Positions 31,234-40,878 of a DNA stretch of 64,000 nt are shown here, in pieces. The translations under genes and the position numbers were made by a program. The stretch's first letter is position 1; every line of letters starts with the position of its first letter. Below the pieces are notes generated by a model, which made no database searches, had not been told where the DNA came from, and saw only the letters and a list, made by a program, of their open reading frames with translations. Source of the stretch: Alphaproteobacteria bacterium (GTDB lineage: Bacteria > Pseudomonadota > Alphaproteobacteria > RF32 > CAG-239); the NCBI GenBank assembly GCA_045633945.1, contig JAZQZH010000052.1, positions 28,322-92,321 on the forward strand. The letters run 5' to 3'.

Positions 31234-32318
31234 AGTTCTACCTCCAGTCCAATTATCCCTGCATAGCCTTTTGTGATTTCTTTTCCACCACTAGCTTTCA
31301 ACTCTGCTATAGATAATGAAAATGTTGTACTTTTGTTTATTTTATATGTGTTTGTAAAATTTATTATTTTATTTTTGTAATCAAACTTGTCTGACCTAGA
31401 ATCTAAAAAAGATATTCCTGTAGAAAATGGACCAATTTCATAGCGAACACCAATATTATATGCGCTTGCATCTCTATATGCGTCAAACATTGTTGTATCA
31501 TTTATTGCATAACTATCATTAGCCAATTTTGTTTTACGGTATGATGTACCCAAAGTCCAGCCTTTGTGATATATACTTATACCGAAACTATGTTCTCTAG
31601 TATTAGAATCGAAATCTGCATATCCTAGTGATGTTGATAGCTCATAACCAGAGAAAAACCATTCACCTAACGCTCCTAAAACATATGCTTTTCGATTATC
31701 ATATAACGCATTATTGGACACCAATCCTGAACGAGAGTGAACTTTGGGAATATATGTTGCGCCAACCTTTATTCCAAAAAATGATGGCGTGATATAATTG
31801 AGCTTTATAGACGCACCATCTGTATTTATGTATGTTGAATTTAGTGTTTTATATGAGGTTTTACCATCTTTTGCATACCAGTTTGGATTGTTTATAAAAT
31901 TTGTTAAATCGCTATTATTGACACGAAAGGAACCAACAACAGGGGCTCCAACTGCGAAATTATATGCGACATTATAATCTTGTCCAAAAGACAGCTCTCC
32001 TAATGGAGTTGTTGTTTGCATAAAAACCTCTTCTCCCCATACGCCTTGATTATAGTTCTCAATCTCTTTTGAGCTATCTATCATAAAATAACCCAAAATA
32101 GATGCTTTATAATCATTATTAAACTTATAGGATACTCTGCCATATGCGTTTAAAGTTGAGTTTAGGTTATTATTTTTACTCAAATCGCGTTTTGGATTTT
32201 TATAGTCTGTATACCCATAAAAACCACCTAAACCTAGAGCATAATCTGTTTCCAAACCACGAGCATAACTTATTGAGGCGCAGCAAACTAAAGTTGTTAT
32301 TATGGATATAGTTCTCAT
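31230..32318 (-). CDS. outer membrane porin-like beta-barrel protein
   Basis: It has a signal peptide (MRTISIITTLVCCASISYA) and amphipathic beta strands rich in G/Y/N/S/T. Its stop overlaps the regulator start (ATGA at 31230-31233). Confidence 0.65.
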   Translation of the reverse strand: MRTISIITTLVCCASISYARGLETDYALGLGGFYGYTDYKNPKRDLSKNNNLNSTLNAYGRVSYKFNNDYKASILGYFMIDSSKEIENYNQGVWGEEVFMQTTTPLGELSFGQDYNVAYNFAVGAPVVGSFRVNNSDLTNFINNPNWYAKDGKTSYKTLNSTYINTDGASIKLNYITPSFFGIKVGATYIPKVHSRSGLVSNNALYDNRKAYVLGALGEWFFSGYELSTSLGYADFDSNTREHSFGISIYHKGWTLGTSYRKTKLANDSYAINDTTMFDAYRDASAYNIGVRYEIGPFSTGISFLDSRSDKFDYKNKIINFTNTYKINKSTTFSLSIAELKASGGKEITKGYAGIIGLEVEL

Positions 32319-32486
32319 TATTTATCCTTAAAAATATTCCCTTAAATCTTTATATAAAACTATCTTTTTGTCTTAACAAGACTTATATTGTTTATATCTT
32401 AAAAAAATATGGATAAATATAAAGCTTTCTGTTTTAAAGTGTTTATAACATATAAAATAATTTAAAATTTATAATGGAGTAAAAAT

Positions 32487-34016
32487 ATGCAAAAACCTAC
32501 TATGCTATTGATTTTGGACGGATGGGGATATAGAGAAAAAGTTACTGATGATAATGCTATTGAAAAAGGATATACACCTAATTGGCACTATCTTTTAGAT
32601 AAATATCCTCACTGCTTTATTGAAACATCTGGGTTGGATGTTGGGCTTCCTGATGGACAAATGGGTAACTCTGAAGTTGGGCATACAAATCTTGGTGCTG
32701 GTAGAGTTGTTATGCAGGACTTACCTAAGATTGATTTAGCTATAAAAGATGGATCTATTGAAAAGAATCCTGTTGTTATTGAGCTAATTGAAAGCTTGAA
32801 AAAAATAAATGGAACCTGTCATCTAATGGGATTAATGTCTCCAGGAGGTGTACACTCTCATCAAAAGCACATTGAAGCAATGTGTGAAATTTTGAACAAA
32901 AATGGAATTAAAGTTGATGTACATGCATTTTTAGATGGAAGAGACACTCCCCCTCAATCTGCAAAAGAATTTTTAGGTGAATTTGAGAACAACATAAAAG
33001 ACCTTGATAAAGTGAAGGTGGCGACTATTTCTGGTCGCTTTTATGCAATGGATCGTGATAAACGCTGGGACCGTGTTGAAAAAGCTTATAATAATATTGT
33101 TTTTGCTAATGGCGAACGCTTTGCAACAAGTAGTGAAGCAATAGATGCTTCTTATAAAAATGGTGTAAATGATGAATTTGTGGTTCCTGTTGTAATTGGC
33201 AACTATGATGGCGCAAAAGATGGCGATGCTGTTTTGATGATAAACTACAGAGCAGACAGAGCTAGAGAAATAATGTATGCACTGGGAGATAGCGAATTTG
33301 ATGGCTTTGAAAGGAAGAAAGTTGTTAACTTTATTGAGTTTGTTGGGATGACAGAGTATTCTGTTGACCATACTCGCTTTATGAAAGTTGTTTTTGGTCC
33401 AGAAGCGTTAACTAATATTTTTGGTGAAGTTATTGCAAAAAATGGTTTAACCCAGCTTAGAATTGCTGAAACTGAAAAATATGCGCATGTTACATTTTTC
33501 TTTAACGGCGGTGAAGAAAAAGAGTTCGAAGGCGAAGAACGAATCTTAATCAATAGTCCTAAAGTTGCGACATATGATTTAAAACCAGAGATGAGTGTTT
33601 ATGAAGTAACAGAAGCTTTAACTAATGCTATTAGAGAACAAAAATATGATGTTATTATTTGTAATTTTGCAAATGGCGATATGGTTGGACACACAGGTAT
33701 TATGGATGCTGCTCTAAAAGCTGTTGAGGCTGTTGATGATTGCTTAGGCAAAGTTATGAGCGCAATAAAAGAAGTTGATGGAACTCTCTTGGTTACTGCA
33801 GATCATGGTAATGCTGAGAAAATGATTGATGAAGAAACAGGTGCTCCATATACAGCACACACTGTAGGAAAAGTTCAGGCTGTTTTGTTTAACTCCAATA
33901 AAAATATTAAATCTCTAAAAGATGGAAGATTAGCAGATATTGCTCCAACACTGCTTGATTTAATGGATATAGATAAACCAGTCGAAATGACTGGCAACTC
34001 TTTGATCGAGAAATAA
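32487..34016 (+). CDS. gpmI: 2,3-bisphosphoglycerate-independent phosphoglycerate mutase
   Basis: It has the sequences LLILDGWG, GNSEVGHTNLGAGR and ADHGNAE. The 509-aa length is typical. Confidence 0.95.
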   Translation: MQKPTMLLILDGWGYREKVTDDNAIEKGYTPNWHYLLDKYPHCFIETSGLDVGLPDGQMGNSEVGHTNLGAGRVVMQDLPKIDLAIKDGSIEKNPVVIELIESLKKINGTCHLMGLMSPGGVHSHQKHIEAMCEILNKNGIKVDVHAFLDGRDTPPQSAKEFLGEFENNIKDLDKVKVATISGRFYAMDRDKRWDRVEKAYNNIVFANGERFATSSEAIDASYKNGVNDEFVVPVVIGNYDGAKDGDAVLMINYRADRAREIMYALGDSEFDGFERKKVVNFIEFVGMTEYSVDHTRFMKVVFGPEALTNIFGEVIAKNGLTQLRIAETEKYAHVTFFFNGGEEKEFEGEERILINSPKVATYDLKPEMSVYEVTEALTNAIREQKYDVIICNFANGDMVGHTGIMDAALKAVEAVDDCLGKVMSAIKEVDGTLLVTADHGNAEKMIDEETGAPYTAHTVGKVQAVLFNSNKNIKSLKDGRLADIAPTLLDLMDIDKPVEMTGNSLIEK

Positions 34017-34020
34017 TGTA

Positions 34021-35262
34021 ATGAAACTGATGCATTCTCTTAGCATAGCTTTTTTTCTTTTTGGGTGCTGCTGCCTCAATAGTGGTTATGGCTATGCTAG
34101 GAATGTATCTGAAAAAGAGGTGCGCCAGCTTGAAGAAGAGGCAAAAAAGAAAGTCTTAGAATCTAAAAGACTGCAGGCTCAAGCTATACAACTTAATCTT
34201 GAGCTATCAAAAATGGATAAAGAACTGATATCTCTTGCTAAAAAAATTCAAGGAAATGAAGGAGAGCTTTCGACTCTAGAAAATGATTTGCAAAAACTAA
34301 AAAATGACGTTGCAACCAAGGAGATGTTGTTTAAGAAAGAGAATGCTTCATTGGTTCAGATGTTGTCTTCTTTGCAAAACATATCTCTTAACCCATCGGA
34401 ATCTGTTATTCTGCAACCACATTCTCCTGTTGATATTATTAGAAGCGCCATTTTGTTGAGAGAAACAGTACCTGCGATTAATGAAAAATCTTCTAAACTA
34501 AAAATTGATTTGGACATCCTTTATAATCAAAAGCAACGAATCGAAAGAAACTTAAAAAAAACAGAAACATATAAAAAAGAGCTTGAAAAACAGCAAGAAA
34601 ATATGAAGACACTATTAAAAAAGAAGTCTGCTTTGAGAAAAAATATTGAAAACAAAGGTGCAGAAACACAAAAGATGGCTGAAAACTTATCTTCGAAAGC
34701 AAAAGACTTAAGAGATTTATTAGAAAAACTTGAACGCCAAAAAGAGTTGGAAAGGAAGAAAAAAGAAGAGGCTGAAAGACTTGCAAGACTTAAAAGAGAA
34801 CAGGAATTAAATAGGCAAAAAGATGTAAAGTCTGTTGATTTTCAGGCGCATGAAGCTATTAAACAACAAACAAAAGGTGGTTTTGCTAGAGCTAAAGGTA
34901 AACTAGAAAAACCTGTTAGCGGTTATTTGATAACAGAATATGGACAATCTATATCTAATGGAGTTACCTCAAAAGGTATTGTGTACAAAACAAGATCAAA
35001 CGCACAAGTTATAGCACCATACGATGGAACTGTTATTTTTTCTGGTCCATTTAAAGGATATGGTAATATTATTATAGTAGAACATGGTGATGGGTATCTT
35101 TCTTTGCTTGCGGGTCTTGGGCAAATTGATTGTGATGTAGGTCAAAAGCTTTTGTCTGGAGAGCCTGTTGGAACAATGCCTAGCTCAGATGATGCTAAGC
35201 TATATGTTGAAATAAGAAAAGACAGACAGCCCATAAATCCAAAACCATGGATTGCCGGTTAA
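34021..35262 (+). CDS. EnvC-like murein hydrolase activator (coiled coil + degenerate LytM/M23 domain)
   Basis: It has a signal sequence and about 250 aa of coiled coil. The C-terminal M23 fold has lost its metal ligands: KGIVYKT replaces HxGxD, and KLYVEIRKD replaces HLHFE. Confidence 0.8.
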   Translation: MKLMHSLSIAFFLFGCCCLNSGYGYARNVSEKEVRQLEEEAKKKVLESKRLQAQAIQLNLELSKMDKELISLAKKIQGNEGELSTLENDLQKLKNDVATKEMLFKKENASLVQMLSSLQNISLNPSESVILQPHSPVDIIRSAILLRETVPAINEKSSKLKIDLDILYNQKQRIERNLKKTETYKKELEKQQENMKTLLKKKSALRKNIENKGAETQKMAENLSSKAKDLRDLLEKLERQKELERKKKEEAERLARLKREQELNRQKDVKSVDFQAHEAIKQQTKGGFARAKGKLEKPVSGYLITEYGQSISNGVTSKGIVYKTRSNAQVIAPYDGTVIFSGPFKGYGNIIIVEHGDGYLSLLAGLGQIDCDVGQKLLSGEPVGTMPSSDDAKLYVEIRKDRQPINPKPWIAG

Positions 35263-35284
35263 TTTTTATATGATAGGAAATAAA

Positions 35285-36568
35285 ATGAGAAAAAGTAGAT
35301 TAATTTTTGCATCATTGCTTACTGGTTTGTTGCTCAACATATCATGTGCTGAAGCATCTAAAAAAACAGCAGAAGAGGTTGACACATATGAACTTTTGAA
35401 CCTTTTGGGTGAAGTGTTGGAAAGAACAAAAATATCTTATGTTGAAGAGGTTACAGATAAAAAATTGATAGAATCTGCCATCAATGGAATGCTTACATCT
35501 CTAGACCCCCATTCTAGCTATTTAGATGCCAAGAGCTTTAACTACATGAATGAACAAACAAAGGGAAAATTTGGTGGTGTTGGTATAGAAATAACAATGG
35601 ATAATGGTTTAGTAAAAATCGTTTCCCCAATTGATGATACTCCTGCAGCAAAAGCTGGATTAAAAGCTGGTGACTATATTACACACATTAATGGCGAAAC
35701 AGTGGTTGGATTATCTCTTAACGATGCTGTTAGCAAATTAAGAGGTAAAGTTGGCGAAGAGGTTAAACTAACAATTAGAAGAATAAATTCAAAACCTCTT
35801 GATGTTACTATTAAACGCCAAGAAATTAAAATTCAATCTGTTAAAAGTGAAATAAAAGAAGATGCTGTGGCATATGTTCGTATATCATCTTTTACAGAAG
35901 ATGTTGATAAAAATGTAAGCGATGCAATCAAAAAAGCTAAAAAAGAGCTTAAAAATGACTTACTAGGTATTGTGATTGACGTTAGAAACAATCCTGGCGG
36001 ACTTTTGGATCAAGCTGTTGAAGTTTCTGATTTGTTTTTAGATAAAGGCGAAATTGTATCAACTCGTTCAAGAAATGAGGCTGACACCGTTAAATTTATG
36101 GCAACAGAAGGAGATATAGCAAAAGACTTACCTATTGTTGTAATGATTAACGAAGGTTCTGCTTCTGCCTCAGAAATTCTTGCCGGCGCATTACAAGACC
36201 ACCATAGAGCAATTGTTTTAGGTGAAAAATCTTTTGGTAAAGGTTCTGTTCAGACGGTTATGCCTTTGGGTGATTTTGGAGCGATGAGAATAACAACTGC
36301 GAGATATTATACTCCCTCTGGACGTTCTATTCAAGCAAAAGGCATTGAGCCTGATATTGAAGTAAAACCAGCAAAGGTTGAAGAGTTTGAGTCTTATGCT
36401 TTAAACTTAAGTGAAGCGGATTTGAACAATGCTCTTAAAAATGATAACAACGAAACAAACGAACAAAAAAATAAGAAAAAATCTAAAGAAGATTTGGCTG
36501 ATTATCAACTTGTTAGAGCTTTGGATTTGGTTAAGGCTTTGTCTTTGTACTCTAAATCTACGAACTAG
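35285..36568 (+). CDS. ctpA: carboxy-terminal processing protease (S41)
   Basis: It has a PDZ domain (GGVGIEIT...SPIDDTPAAKAGLKAGD), the catalytic region GSASASEILAGALQD, and GEKSFGKGSVQ. ATG 35285 gives a signal peptide. Confidence 0.9.
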   Translation: MRKSRLIFASLLTGLLLNISCAEASKKTAEEVDTYELLNLLGEVLERTKISYVEEVTDKKLIESAINGMLTSLDPHSSYLDAKSFNYMNEQTKGKFGGVGIEITMDNGLVKIVSPIDDTPAAKAGLKAGDYITHINGETVVGLSLNDAVSKLRGKVGEEVKLTIRRINSKPLDVTIKRQEIKIQSVKSEIKEDAVAYVRISSFTEDVDKNVSDAIKKAKKELKNDLLGIVIDVRNNPGGLLDQAVEVSDLFLDKGEIVSTRSRNEADTVKFMATEGDIAKDLPIVVMINEGSASASEILAGALQDHHRAIVLGEKSFGKGSVQTVMPLGDFGAMRITTARYYTPSGRSIQAKGIEPDIEVKPAKVEEFESYALNLSEADLNNALKNDNNETNEQKNKKKSKEDLADYQLVRALDLVKALSLYSKSTN

Positions 36569-36576
36569 AGGATGTC

Positions 36577-37068
36577 ATGGATAAAAAGTATAGACAGTGT
36601 GCAGGAGTTGTTGTTTTTAACGCAGAAGGAAAAGTGCTTCTTGGTAATCGCGTTAAATTCAAAAACGCATGGCAGTTTCCTCAAGGCGGAATCGAAACCG
36701 GCGAATCCGTTATTGATGCAGCAAAACGCGAGCTTAGGGAAGAAACAAGCGTAACTTCTGTTGCACTGGTATATTCTGAAAAAAAATCTATTAGATATAC
36801 TTTTAATAACCAAATTAAAGAAAAGTTTAGAAAAAAAGGAATTTTGACGGATGGTCAGGATATTTATTTTTCTTTATTCTATTTTACTGGAAATGAAGAT
36901 GAAATAAACCTAAAAACCGAGGTTCCTGAATTTGATGAATATAAATGGGAGTCTCTTGATTTTGCAATTAAAAACGTTATATTTTTCAAGAAAAATGCAT
37001 ATATGAAAATTGCAAAGAAGTTTCAACCTATTATTAATAAGTTTTTGGATACTAAAAAAAATAGCTAG
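36577..37068 (+). CDS. rppH: RNA pyrophosphohydrolase (Nudix)
   Basis: It has the sequence YRQCAGVVVFN and the Nudix box GGIETGESVIDAAKRELREETSV. Confidence 0.85.
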   Translation: MDKKYRQCAGVVVFNAEGKVLLGNRVKFKNAWQFPQGGIETGESVIDAAKRELREETSVTSVALVYSEKKSIRYTFNNQIKEKFRKKGILTDGQDIYFSLFYFTGNEDEINLKTEVPEFDEYKWESLDFAIKNVIFFKKNAYMKIAKKFQPIINKFLDTKKNS

Positions 37069-37079
37069 TATTTTTATCT

Positions 37080-37547
37080 TTGAGAGAGGGCAAATTGGGA
37101 AACAACCAATTAAACATTAGAGATATTTATATTCCAGAAGGGGTTGATATTTTTCCTTTGGCATATGGTTGGTATATAATATTACTTGGGGCGATAGCTC
37201 TGTTTGTTTTAATTAAATTTGCTTTATGGGGATTTAGAACAAGCAAGAAGCGATTTGCTCTTAGAGAGTTAAAAGGAATAAATGTTGATGAACCTGTTGA
37301 TGCGGCTATAAAAATGTCTGTTTTGCTTAAGCGAATTTGTAATATAAAATATAAAAAAGCAACGATTTTATATGGACAAGAGTGGATAGAATTTTTAATT
37401 AACACATCTAAATTGCCTGCTGATAGATATATTTTAGAACTTTTAGCGAATGCTCCATTTATGGATAAAAAAAACAGTAAATATACATCTCTTGATGCTA
37501 GCAATTTAAGAGAGTTTTGCAGATTATGGATAGGAGATAATATATGA
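37080..37547 (+). CDS. DUF4381-like membrane protein (Bat operon orf3 type)
   Basis: The sequence LNIRDIYIPEGVDIFPLAYGWYIILLGAIAL is the typical N-terminal pattern. It uses a TTG start and overlaps batA through ATGA. Confidence 0.6.
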   Translation: MREGKLGNNQLNIRDIYIPEGVDIFPLAYGWYIILLGAIALFVLIKFALWGFRTSKKRFALRELKGINVDEPVDAAIKMSVLLKRICNIKYKKATILYGQEWIEFLINTSKLPADRYILELLANAPFMDKKNSKYTSLDASNLREFCRLWIGDNI

Positions 37548-38542
37548 TAAATTTTGCATATCCATATTTTTTTGTGTTGCTCTTGTTACCTTTTGTTTTT
37601 TTGTATGTGATTAACCCATTAAAAAACACATCTTCGGGAGCGCTAGCTATCCCATTTTTAAAAGATTTAAAAGCAATAAAAAATATTGTAAAAGCCTCAT
37701 CTTTTGTACATATGGGGGATAAGTTTACTCTATCTTTTAGGTTTTTTAATTTATTTATTTTATGGTTTTTGTTAGTTGTTGCTATTGCTAGACCGCAACT
37801 TGTTGGAGAGCCATATAGAGTAAAAACACAAAATAGAGATATTATGCTTGTTATTGATATATCTCCTTCTATGTTGCATCCTATCTATATATCAAACGCG
37901 AGAACCGATAGATTATCTGCGGTTAAAGCTATTGTTGGTGATTTTATAAATAAAAGAAAAGATGATAGACTTGGTTTAGTTTTGTTTGGAACAAGAGCGT
38001 ATTTACAAGCTCCGCTAACATATGATAAAAATGCTGTATATAATATTTTGCAAAATGTTGATGCGGGAATGGCAGGAACAACAACATCTATTGGTGACGC
38101 TCTTGGTATCGCATTAAAAAACTTAAGAGAACACAAAGATAGACCCAATAAGCTAATCATTTTACTTTCTGATGGTGAGAGCAATGATGGGGCTCTGAAC
38201 ATGAAAGAAGCTATAGAACTTGCTGAAAAAGAAAATATAAAAATATATACGGTAGGAATACAAGAAGAAACTAGATTTATTCGCTCTATTTTGGGAGCAA
38301 CCCGTAATAATCTTGACGAACAAAGCTTAAGAGAGTTAGCAGATAAAACAAAAGCAAACTACTTTAAAGCAACAGACGTTGCTGGATTAAAACAGATATA
38401 TGATAAAATTGATGAACTTGAGCCTCAAGATTCAAAAGGTAATATTGTTCAAAATAAAAAAGATTTATTTTATGTACCTTTGGTTTTATCTATTGTATGG
38501 TCTATTTTGATGTTGTTTTTACTAGAAAGGAAAATGAGATGA
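37544..38542 (+). CDS. batA: VWA-domain membrane protein, BatA-like
   Basis: It has N- and C-terminal TM helices and a VWA domain with an intact MIDAS motif (IMLVIDISPSM). Confidence 0.8.
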   Translation: MINFAYPYFFVLLLLPFVFLYVINPLKNTSSGALAIPFLKDLKAIKNIVKASSFVHMGDKFTLSFRFFNLFILWFLLVVAIARPQLVGEPYRVKTQNRDIMLVIDISPSMLHPIYISNARTDRLSAVKAIVGDFINKRKDDRLGLVLFGTRAYLQAPLTYDKNAVYNILQNVDAGMAGTTTSIGDALGIALKNLREHKDRPNKLIILLSDGESNDGALNMKEAIELAEKENIKIYTVGIQEETRFIRSILGATRNNLDEQSLRELADKTKANYFKATDVAGLKQIYDKIDELEPQDSKGNIVQNKKDLFYVPLVLSIVWSILMLFLLERKMR

Positions 38543-40878
38543 TTGAGTTTTTTAGAAATTTTCATTTTCTACGTCCTGAGTGTTTGTTGTTTTTAATACC
38601 AATAATTTGGTTAATGTTAAAAAAAATAAATATTAGCGAAAATCTTTCTTCTTGGAGCTTTGTCTGTGATAAAAAGTTATTGGATTTTCTTTTAGTAAAA
38701 AGTAAGCATAAATCACTAATTTCCTTTAAAACACTTATTTATACTGGGTTGATTTGCTCGACTATTGCAGCCTCAGGACCTGCGTGGAAAAAAACAGATG
38801 TGCCGACTTTTATGCCTGAAAATCCAACAATGTTTGTTTTAAGTATGGCGCAAGAAATGCAACTAACAGATATTTCTCCATCTCGTATTATGAGAGCGAA
38901 GTATGCTATTGTTGATATTGTTCAAAATATAAAAAGCGGTCAATTTGGTCTTGAAGTATATACCACGGAGCCATATATCGTTTCTCCAATTACCGATGAT
39001 GCAAGCATTATAACCAATATTATGCCACAAGTAACACATGATATAATGCCAGATTATGGTGATAGACTAGATAGAGCTATTGAGCTTGCTATAAAAAAAC
39101 TACAAGAAACCGGATTTACTAATGGAAATATTGTATTATTTGCCTCTGATGTAGGATATAGACTTGATCAAACACTAAAAGAGGTTGAAAGGGCTAAGTC
39201 TCTTGGTTTTAGTGTCAATGTTGTTGACTTATCGTTTGACGGTAGCGATAAGTTAGAGCTTGTAGCACAAAGAGGATCTGGTTTGTATTTGAAATTAAGA
39301 GAAAATAACCTTGATTTGCTTACAAAAAAACTGTCTGACGTTAATGAAAAAAGAATGCTTATAAACAAAAACACTTTATCTGATTATTTAGATTATGGAT
39401 ATTATTTACTAATTATACCGCTTCTTTGTGTTTTGCCATTATTTAGACGTGGTTTTTTATGTTTATTTGCAATATTTATGGCTTTTAATGCAGAAGCTTC
39501 TTTTCTTTTGAATAACAACCAAGAGGGGTTTAGGCTTTTTCAGCAGCGAAAATATGATGAAGCATATAAAAAGTTTGATAATCCAATATGGAAATCTATT
39601 TCTTTGTATAAACAAGATAAACTAGAAGAGGCTCTAAAAAATATTGAAAAATCAAAAGATGAAATTAGCCTTTATAACAAAGGTGTAATCTTGGCAAAAA
39701 TGTGTAGATATAATGAGGCGCAGAAAGTTTTTGAACAGGTTGTTAGACTATTTCCTCAAAATAATGATGCTAAGTTTAATCTAAATGCTATAAACGACCT
39801 TTTGATTAAAGCAAAAGATAAACCTTCCTTATTGGAATGTGGTGATAATTCTTCTAGCGGAAGTGGTGGAGGAAACTCCAACAATAATAACAACAAAGAT
39901 AATTCTGAAAATAATAATGATGATAGTAATGGAGAAAATAAAGCTGAAAACAATAACTCCGATAACAACAATGAAAGTAATAACAATAAAAATGATTCAC
40001 AAAATGAAAATAGTAATGAGAATAATAATAAAAATGATGGAGATAAAAAAACATCTAATGAAAACAAACAAGGCAATAACGATAAAAACAATACTGAAGA
40101 AGGAAAGACAGATAAAAAACAACAAACAGATAATGATAATTTAGAAACTAAAAACAACGAAGAAAAAAAAGAGCAAAATATAAAGAATGAACAGCAGAAT
40201 AATGCTGATGGTAAGAAACAAAACAACGCTAATAATCAAGAAGATGATAACGATGGAAAAACTGGTGCAAAAAATATAAAAAAACAAAACGAATCTAACT
40301 CATCTGATGATAAAAACCAAAAACAAGAAGAGGGTAAAAACAAGCAAACCGCTGGTGAAGATAAACAGAATAATACCTCCGAACAAAACAACGAAAATAA
40401 CGAAAACTCTAAAAATAAAAACAAGAGCGATGAAAATGAAGAGGATAAATCGTCTAAAAGCGAAGAAAAGTTAAATAAGAACAAAGAAGGAGAAGGAAAA
40501 GAAGATAATATGGAGGCAGAGCAAAATAATAAAGAAACAGATAAAAATGATGATAAAGGAGATGGAAAAGAGGATAAATCTGACAACAAAACTAATAACA
40601 ACCAAAACCAATCTAAAACTGAAGCAAATAACGAAAAAAACGGAAACAAAACAGACGATGTTGATGCTAGTGATAAGCTTTCTAACAACAAAAATGACAA
40701 GGAATCCGGAAAGTTTGCAAATATTGGAGAAAATATAGATAGCAACGAATCTGTTGATGAGAAAGATTTAATAATACAGCGCAAATATAGAGAAATTCCT
40801 GATGATGTTGGAGGGTTGTTAAGAGAAATGATAAAGAAAGAACACTTAAAAGGTAGGTATAAAGATGAAAACATATAA
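38539..40878 (+). CDS. BatB/BatC-like fusion: VWA-like domain + TPR + very long low-complexity region
   Basis: ATG 38539 overlaps the batA stop (ATGA). The VWA-like region (MFVLSMAQEMQLTDISPSRIMRAKYAI) has lost the DxSxS motif. TPR units follow (KYDEAYKKF..., CRYNEAQKVFEQVVRLFPQNNDA). The conserved C-terminal tail reads REIPDDVGGLLREMIKKE. Confidence 0.75.
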   Translation: MIEFFRNFHFLRPECLLFLIPIIWLMLKKINISENLSSWSFVCDKKLLDFLLVKSKHKSLISFKTLIYTGLICSTIAASGPAWKKTDVPTFMPENPTMFVLSMAQEMQLTDISPSRIMRAKYAIVDIVQNIKSGQFGLEVYTTEPYIVSPITDDASIITNIMPQVTHDIMPDYGDRLDRAIELAIKKLQETGFTNGNIVLFASDVGYRLDQTLKEVERAKSLGFSVNVVDLSFDGSDKLELVAQRGSGLYLKLRENNLDLLTKKLSDVNEKRMLINKNTLSDYLDYGYYLLIIPLLCVLPLFRRGFLCLFAIFMAFNAEASFLLNNNQEGFRLFQQRKYDEAYKKFDNPIWKSISLYKQDKLEEALKNIEKSKDEISLYNKGVILAKMCRYNEAQKVFEQVVRLFPQNNDAKFNLNAINDLLIKAKDKPSLLECGDNSSSGSGGGNSNNNNNKDNSENNNDDSNGENKAENNNSDNNNESNNNKNDSQNENSNENNNKNDGDKKTSNENKQGNNDKNNTEEGKTDKKQQTDNDNLETKNNEEKKEQNIKNEQQNNADGKKQNNANNQEDDNDGKTGAKNIKKQNESNSSDDKNQKQEEGKNKQTAGEDKQNNTSEQNNENNENSKNKNKSDENEEDKSSKSEEKLNKNKEGEGKEDNMEAEQNNKETDKNDDKGDGKEDKSDNKTNNNQNQSKTEANNEKNGNKTDDVDASDKLSNNKNDKESGKFANIGENIDSNESVDEKDLIIQRKYREIPDDVGGLLREMIKKEHLKGRYKDENI
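39841..40770 (+). repeat. low-complexity N/D/K/E/S-rich coding tract (about 300 aa) inside the BatB/C-like gene
   Basis: It runs from GDNSSSGSGGGNSNNNNNKDNSENNNDD to SNESVDEKD. The composition is purine-rich with no strict period. The antisense S/L/F-rich ORFs in the track are artefacts of it. Confidence 0.85.

Noticed and set aside
39756-40874. Two long minus-strand S/L/F-rich ORFs (156 and 212 aa), plus small plus-strand ORFs inside the BatB/C-like gene.
   Set aside because: They are antisense or off-frame readings of the purine-rich low-complexity tract. They have no start context and their composition is non-protein-like.
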